Positions 57,150 to 64,000 of a stretch of DNA of 64,000 bases are shown piece by piece. The notes below the pieces were generated by a model. It searched no databases and was not told the DNA's origin. It saw only the letters and a program-made list of their open reading frames with translations. The position numbers were made by a program, and so were the translations under genes. The stretch's first letter is position 1. Every line of letters begins with the position of its first letter. The stretch comes from Thermomicrobiales bacterium (lineage in GTDB: Bacteria > Chloroflexota > Chloroflexia > Thermomicrobiales > UBA6265), in the NCBI GenBank assembly GCA_045804965.1, contig JBJMMD010000047.1:18421-82420 (forward strand), read 5' to 3'.

Positions 57150-58322
57150 TCAAATAGTCCCCGTAGCTACCCCTTCGGCAATTCCTACCGCAAGAGCCGC
57201 GAGCTGAAGAAGTCCCGAACCCACAGGATTGGTATCAATATACTCGTCTGTGCGATGGACATTCCCGCCGGTAGTGAGCCCAATACAGATCGCCGGGATT
57301 CCACGGCTGATCGGGATATTGGCATCAGTGCTCGATGCGTCACTGGTCGCAGTCACTCCAAGCTCACGAAGTACATCCATCGCCAATCTGACTATTGGGC
57401 TGTCAGCGTCGATCCTTCCGGCCGGGCGCTCACCAAGCTTTTCGACGTGCACTTCGACTCCGGACCGGGATGTAGTCAAGATGCGATCTATGCGTTCGCT
57501 CAATCGCCGGAGCGACGTATCACTTGGAGAACGCATATCCAACACAAAGGTGCACGTTGGTGGAATCGTATTGACCGAAATACCACCCTCGATCGTGCCG
57601 ACACTGAGCGTGGTTTTAGGCGAGTTCGAAACCGGGATGCGCGAGAGGTCATGAATTATCGCGGCCGCGATGTGGATCGCGTTGGGCCGGCCAAAGTCGC
57701 CCCAACTGTGCCCTCCTGGGCCAACAACCGTTACCCGAAGACGCCTGCTGCCAACTGCAACGTGGGTGACTCGGCCAAGATTGTGACCTTCGACCGCGAT
57801 CGCCGCCGAAATCTCCAGATGAGCTTCCATGACTGAGCGCATGCCGCGCAAATTCCCGAGTCCCTCTTCTCCGACATTGCCAGTCAACAAGAGGTCGACC
57901 GCCGGCACGATGCCAGCATCGCGAAGGATTGCGGGAAGCGCCAACACGGCCGCGGCGCCAAGACTGTTGTCGCCTATGCCCGGACCATGTATCCGGCCAT
58001 TGGAGCGAATAATGCTCAGGTCGGTTTGGGCAGGGAATACGGTGTCGAGGTGACCCGCGATGAGAACCGAGTTCCCGCGACTGCGGCCGGGAACGCGGGC
58101 AACGACATCGCCAAGTTCGTCAATCGCGACGTCCGTGATGCCTTCCTGACGGACCAAATCTGCAAAGGCGAGTGCGCGGTTCATTTCCGCGTCGGTCGGT
58201 GCCGGAATACTCGCGATCGTCGCGGCAAGTTCGAGAACTCGCGCCGACGCGTTGAGCGCGGCGTCCCGCACGGCTGCAATCACCTCGCGGGATGCGGCCG
58301 TATTCACCGCGTTCGTTGCCAT
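57150..58322 (-). CDS. M20-family metallopeptidase/deacylase
   Basis: IAGHLDTVF, GPGIGDN.LG and NVGEEGLG motifs plus a dimerisation domain. ATG 58322 (GAGGA 4 nt upstream) is preferred over the track start at 58445. Confidence 0.82.
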   Translation of the reverse strand: MATNAVNTAASREVIAAVRDAALNASARVLELAATIASIPAPTDAEMNRALAFADLVRQEGITDVAIDELGDVVARVPGRSRGNSVLIAGHLDTVFPAQTDLSIIRSNGRIHGPGIGDNSLGAAAVLALPAILRDAGIVPAVDLLLTGNVGEEGLGNLRGMRSVMEAHLEISAAIAVEGHNLGRVTHVAVGSRRLRVTVVGPGGHSWGDFGRPNAIHIAAAIIHDLSRIPVSNSPKTTLSVGTIEGGISVNTIPPTCTFVLDMRSPSDTSLRRLSERIDRILTTSRSGVEVHVEKLGERPAGRIDADSPIVRLAMDVLRELGVTATSDASSTDANIPISRGIPAICIGLTTGGNVHRTDEYIDTNPVGSGLLQLAALAVGIAEGVATGTI

Positions 58323-58558
58323 GGATTCCTCAGAAGGGTCAGACAGGGGCGACGCCACGATGGCGCACGCTGACGAGCCCCGAGACGCTCGAAGTATACC
58401 ACCGGCCCGCGGCTTTTCCGCGACGTTTGATCTGGCTAAGTTCACCTTGACATCAGGTGATCGCGGCGATAGGTTTGCGCTGGCCCCGCTCTTCGTGGCC
58501 GCGATCTAGGTGTCTCGGCAATCGCGCTTCGATCCTGGGAAAGGAACCGGTTACCACG

Positions 58559-60289
<1,731 letters not shown>

Positions 60290-60328
60290 GTTTGGCGCGC
60301 TAGCCGGCGCAACCAGGGGAGTTCATCC

Positions 60329-61030
60329 GTGGAGGTCACGCTCCGAATTAAGCGATACAACCCCGAGACCGATGTCAAACCGGTCTTTCGGGAATATCAG
60401 GTTGATGTCGATCCAATGGACCGTGTCCTCGATGCGCTCAATCAGATCAAGTGGAAACAGGACGGCACGCTGACCTACCGGCGCTCGTGCGCCCACGGCG
60501 TCTGCGGTTCAGACGCCATGCGGATCAATGGCCGGAATCGGCTGGCGTGCAAGATGCTGATGAAGGAATTGGGCAAAAAAGTTACGGTCGAACCGCTGCT
60601 TGGCTTCCGCGTGATCAAAGACCTCGTCATTGATATGGATCAGTTTTTTGATTCGTATAAGTCGGTAAAGCCGTACCTCATTGCCGACGACGCACCGAGT
60701 GCGGCCGAGCGATTACAAACGCCGGACGAGCGCGACCGATTCGACGACACAACGAAGTGCATTCTGTGCGCGGCCTGCACGACCGCCTGCCCGATCACTT
60801 GGACGAACGACCAATGGGTTGGCCCAGCGGCCATCGTTAACGCTCACCGATTTATCTTCGACAGCCGGGATCAAGGCGCCGACGAGCGCTTGAAGATTTT
60901 GAATACGCGATCGGGCGTTTGGCGCTGCCGAACGATATTCAATTGCACAGATGCCTGTCCACGCGGGATTCAAGTTACGAAGGCAATTGAAGAGGTTAAA
61001 CGCTCGTTGCTCTACGATCGAGTCACTTAA
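60329..61030 (+). CDS. sdhB: succinate dehydrogenase/fumarate reductase iron-sulfur subunit
   Basis: Three cluster motifs: CAHGVCGSDAMRINGRNRLAC, CILCAACTTACP and CRTIFNCTDACP. GTG start. Confidence 0.92.
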   Translation: MEVTLRIKRYNPETDVKPVFREYQVDVDPMDRVLDALNQIKWKQDGTLTYRRSCAHGVCGSDAMRINGRNRLACKMLMKELGKKVTVEPLLGFRVIKDLVIDMDQFFDSYKSVKPYLIADDAPSAAERLQTPDERDRFDDTTKCILCAACTTACPITWTNDQWVGPAAIVNAHRFIFDSRDQGADERLKILNTRSGVWRCRTIFNCTDACPRGIQVTKAIEEVKRSLLYDRVT

Positions 61031-61110
61031 GGCACGGTCAATTCGGCCACCGGCCGTGTTATACTCGCGGCTAACTTCGACAAGTAACCAAAGATTCAAA
61101 GGTTCGCCCG

Positions 61111-61596
61111 ATGGACAATCCGTTTTCCTGGGATTACCTCACCACAACTCCTGGCTCAAATGAGGTGTTTGGGCCGTTTGCAATGGGGTTCCTCATCTTG
61201 TTTGGCGTCACATTTGTGGTCGCGCTCATTATCTATAGTGGCGGCGGCCGTCGAATAATCCCGAATCCGGTGCTGCGCCGAATGGCACGGCGATGGTCAT
61301 CGCCCGCGTTGGCGATTTCGGGGATCGGTCTCTTTTTCTTTCTGATTCGTGTTCTTCAGATCAACCCGTTCAATTTTCAAATGCGCATCTGGCTCTGGCT
61401 GTGCCTGTTACTTTATGTGCTTATGGTGATTTATTTTGCTTGGGATTACATGCGGAACTACGGCGCGGCGAAGGCTGAATACGAGGATCGCAAACGACAG
61501 CAACAATACTTACGTCCAGCTTCGGCCACGGCCGGCGGTCGCCACGGGGCGCCGCTCGCCTCGGGCGCTCGGCCGGTTAAGCGGCGCAAACGGTAG
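61111..61596 (+). CDS. hypothetical 3-TM membrane protein with basic C-terminal tail
   Basis: 161 aa. Hydrophobic segments are FAMGFLILFGVTFVVALIIY, ALAISGIGLFFFLIRVL and IWLWLCLLLYVLMVIYFAW. The tail is RPVKRRKR. No histidine sits in the TM segments. It starts 80 nt downstream of sdhB. Confidence 0.55.
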   Translation: MDNPFSWDYLTTTPGSNEVFGPFAMGFLILFGVTFVVALIIYSGGGRRIIPNPVLRRMARRWSSPALAISGIGLFFFLIRVLQINPFNFQMRIWLWLCLLLYVLMVIYFAWDYMRNYGAAKAEYEDRKRQQQYLRPASATAGGRHGAPLASGARPVKRRKR

Positions 61597-61617
61597 CTGA
61601 AAAAGCAGAAGGACGAC

Positions 61618-61648
61618 AAAGGCCCGCTCCGAAACGGAGCGGGCCTTT
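61618..61648. terminator. 13-bp hairpin shared by the membrane-protein gene (+) and the SRP RNA (-)
   Basis: AAAGGCCCGCTCC-gaaac-GGAGCGGGCCTTT. It lies 22 nt after the stop at 61596 and 14 nt after the 3' end of the SRP RNA on the other strand. Confidence 0.55.
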
Positions 61649-61661
61649 CCAGTCATTCAAA

Positions 61662-61933
61662 GTGGCCGTGCACCCTTTGTCGATCGAGGTACTCCGGCTC
61701 TGCGTCGATCGTTGGCTCCGGCAAGGCGATCCCACGTCACCCGAGGAATTCTGCTTACGGCTGCTACCTTCCGGTCCTGACCGGGTTCACAGCTCCCCGC
61801 CGCGCGGGACCCTGCCCTCAACACCACGTGTCGCCGTGAGTCCCACAGCACTCGCCCTCGAAAGGGAATTCAACCCCGCTAGAGCGGGTTGCGGGTACAG
61901 GGCACCGCTAGCTCCCCATCTAGCACGGCCACA
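61662..61933 (-). ncRNA. ffs: signal recognition particle RNA, large (Bacillus-type, with Alu domain), about 272 nt
   Basis: Reverse complement contains the universal helix-8 core GGUCAGGACCGGAAGGUAGCAGCCGUAAGCAG. It also has a 5' Alu-domain segment, GUGGCCGUGCUAGAUGGGGAGCUAGCGGUGCCCUGUACCCGCAACCCGCUCUAGCGGGG, that closely parallels B. subtilis scRNA as I recall it. The 5' GUGGCCGUGC pairs with the 3' GCACGGCCAC. Track ORFs here (61657-61851 minus strand, 61662-62144 plus strand) are non-coding artefacts. Confidence 0.85.
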
Positions 61934-61963
61934 CATAAGTCTACCTCTCGTAGCGTGGGCGGG

Positions 61964-64000
61964 TCAAAGGACTGATTTGGCCCTTCGAGTCCGTAGCCAG
62001 CGTTGGCCGAGCGCGAGGACGACCGCGAGGGAAATGAGGGAAAACGCGGTCGAAATGATCAGCCCGATCTTCAATTCACTAGGATCATACCTTAGCTCAA
62101 TTGTGTGCTCACCAGCCGCCAGAGGGATAGCCCTGAACGCATGATCAGCAACGTAAAGGTCGACACGCTTTCCATCGACATAGGCCTTCCAGGCCGGATC
62201 ATACGCATCGCTGATAACGAGCATGCCGGGCGCGACTACACGGGCATTAAGATTTACGGAGTCACCGGCCGTCCCCGTCACCATGACATGTTCGCCTGTT
62301 GAGTCCGCCGGCCGACTCATGTCCGGTGGAGGGCGTTCGATGAGCACAGTTTTGGTCGGATCAACAGTGCCTCGCGTCAATAGGTCTACTGCAAATCCCT
62401 TTTCCACCTGCCGGGCGTCATGCACGATCCAAGCGCGCGGTACCGCATTGTCGTTTTCGAGGACCCGAACACCCTTATCGGCAAAGACTGTCGGGTACAT
62501 CTGGCTCAAGTGCAAGAGATCCGGCCGACCCGGTGGCACGTCGGCTGGAACGACGACATAGCGCGCATTCAGCAAATTGAGCAGAGGCGAATTCAGTCCA
62601 GAAGGATAGATGTCGAGCTCGTGATATTCCTGTTCATACCCGTTGAGCGCATTGAAGAAGTCCATATAACGCTCGATCTGGACCGGATCGTAGCCCTGTG
62701 CGTCTTCAAGTCCGAGCATGATGGCGCGGTTATTCACCAATAGCGATTGAGCGCTGAACTTTCTATACTCGATTCGATAACCCCCGAGCCAATCCATCTC
62801 AGCGAAGTAACCGGGGTTAAAGCCAAAATAACGGAACGGCGACTCTTTTGATTGGCGGTCTCGCAGGAATTCCGAAGCGCCAGATGAAGCTGAATCGTCG
62901 GCTGCAAACGACATTGTCTTCGCTGCGTGGACATCCTCCACCTCTCCATACCATTGACCAACACCATCCCAAAAAAGGATAAGCACGAGTCCGATCATTA
63001 CAGCCCAGAACGCAAATTCAGGAGACGGCAAGCGTTGGCGAAATCGGGTGCTCGTAAGTAGTGCGACAACCAGCGCCAAGGCGCACGCAGCTAGCATCAT
63101 CCAAATTGCTATGGAATCAACTCTCCGTCCTGAAGCCAGGACGAAAATGACCAACAACGCCGTGATGGCAATCGAAGCAAATACTCCGGTAACTTTAGAT
63201 CGGGATGGAACCGATTTGTTGGCAAGAACGTCAATCGCGGCCCCGGTGAGAAAGCAAGGTCCCACCCAAATAACCATGAGGATCCTACTCGGCACATGTT
63301 CATGCAGCACTTCGAATTTTGGTAGGAAGAAGAAAAGTTGATGGACAGGAGTCGCATTTAAGGTCAGTACAAGGGCGACCAGGGTAAATCCGACAAAATA
63401 GAAGACATTGCTTTGGCGGTTAATGAATGGCGCCATGATGGCGAGCGCCAAAACAGCGCCCCCGATGTACCATCTTCCTTCTCCTCGATTAACATCGATC
63501 AATCTGGCGATGAGCGTCACTAACGACCAGCCGGTAAAGTCACCTTCGAGCGTCGTGGTCACGCCCTCGGCTCGCGACGAGCGAGAAACCGCGTCGAGGC
63601 GGGGCAAAACTCCTGCTGCGGCAAGACCAAATGAAAATCCGTAGACTCCGACCGCATGCGTTGCGAACTCAACAAGTCGACGGCTGATCGAAGGGTTCGT
63701 CAAGTGCGGCGAAAGTATTGACCGAAAAACGAGAAAGCCTCCGGCGGCTAGAAGTCCATAATAGGCGCCTTGCCCAATCCAGCCAGCAAGCTCCTGGCTG
63801 AGCGCAAACGCGGCGATCAGCCAACACCCGGCCCTTCCAAGCCACGTTTGCCTCTTCGAAGCCAACTCAATGCCGAGTAGGCTGAGGGGCACCCAAGTTG
63901 CGACGGTCATGTAGCCGACGCAGCACGCCGTGTATTTCAGAAAGGGACCGAACTCGAATGCAATTGCCGCTGCCAGGCTCCCGGTTCGCCTGATGCCAAA
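61964..64000 (-). CDS. YfhO-like polytopic membrane protein (putative glycosyl-transfer/envelope protein), 5' end beyond the right edge
   Basis: Many TM helices, then a large extracytoplasmic domain and a final TM helix. The C-terminal pattern DAYDPAWKAYVDGKRVDLYVADHAFRAIPLAAGEHTIELRYDP is typical of YfhO-family proteins. The frame stays open from 63910 to 64000 (FGIRRTGSLAAAIAFEFGPFLKYTACCVGY precedes the track Met), so the gene is probably truncated by the window. Confidence 0.7.
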   Translation of the reverse strand, partial: FGIRRTGSLAAAIAFEFGPFLKYTACCVGYMTVATWVPLSLLGIELASKRQTWLGRAGCWLIAAFALSQELAGWIGQGAYYGLLAAGGFLVFRSILSPHLTNPSISRRLVEFATHAVGVYGFSFGLAAAGVLPRLDAVSRSSRAEGVTTTLEGDFTGWSLVTLIARLIDVNRGEGRWYIGGAVLALAIMAPFINRQSNVFYFVGFTLVALVLTLNATPVHQLFFFLPKFEVLHEHVPSRILMVIWVGPCFLTGAAIDVLANKSVPSRSKVTGVFASIAITALLVIFVLASGRRVDSIAIWMMLAACALALVVALLTSTRFRQRLPSPEFAFWAVMIGLVLILFWDGVGQWYGEVEDVHAAKTMSFAADDSASSGASEFLRDRQSKESPFRYFGFNPGYFAEMDWLGGYRIEYRKFSAQSLLVNNRAIMLGLEDAQGYDPVQIERYMDFFNALNGYEQEYHELDIYPSGLNSPLLNLLNARYVVVPADVPPGRPDLLHLSQMYPTVFADKGVRVLENDNAVPRAWIVHDARQVEKGFAVDLLTRGTVDPTKTVLIERPPPDMSRPADSTGEHVMVTGTAGDSVNLNARVVAPGMLVISDAYDPAWKAYVDGKRVDLYVADHAFRAIPLAAGEHTIELRYDPSELKIGLIISTAFSLISLAVVLALGQRWLRTRRAKSVL

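Noticed and set aside
61657-62144. Track ORFs 61657-61851(-) and 61662-62144(+) as protein genes.
   Set aside because: The region is explained by the SRP RNA (61662-61933) and by the 3' end of the YfhO-like gene. The ORF translations are Arg/Pro-rich nonsense.

Overview
This is a dense, GC-rich bacterial chromosomal segment that is almost entirely core or housekeeping. It holds about 58 protein genes, two tandem tRNA-Ser genes and one large (Bacillus-type, Alu-domain) SRP RNA that the ORF track cannot show. Recognisable content includes cysE-cysS, polA, yebC-ruvC-tlyA, pth, tgt, acpS-nnrD-CBS-alr, pgeF-yggS, uvrB, aroQ-M24 peptidase-efp-accB, xseAB, rho, glpX, an exonuclease-DinG fusion and sdhAB. 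This gene set, a GAAC-N4-GTTC SOS box, the long SRP RNA and a UPF0182 gene suggest a Terrabacteria-type lineage. Chloroflexota-like is my guess and cannot be proven from the sequence alone. I saw no CRISPR array, transposase, integrase, phage gene or recognisable defence island, and I do not see a compelling brand-new system. The only accessory-looking block is a sugar locus at about 30.2-40.8 kb. It contains a GntR regulator fused to a signal-less MalE-type solute-binding domain, an ABC importer without an ATPase gene, a GH38 alpha-mannosidase, and an oxidoreductase plus TIM-barrel pair. Other items worth a second look:
- a MoxR/DUF58/membrane-transglutaminase triad
- Rho with a roughly 155-aa disordered N-terminal extension behind a long C-rich leader
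- a NudB-like protein with a degenerate Nudix box
- sdhAB without sdhCD
- an excisionase-type HTH gene behind a near-consensus promoter with CGTAC repeats
Gene starts that I moved away from the ORF track are argued individually. Hand-derived coordinates for RNA and regulatory sites may be off by 1-2 nt.
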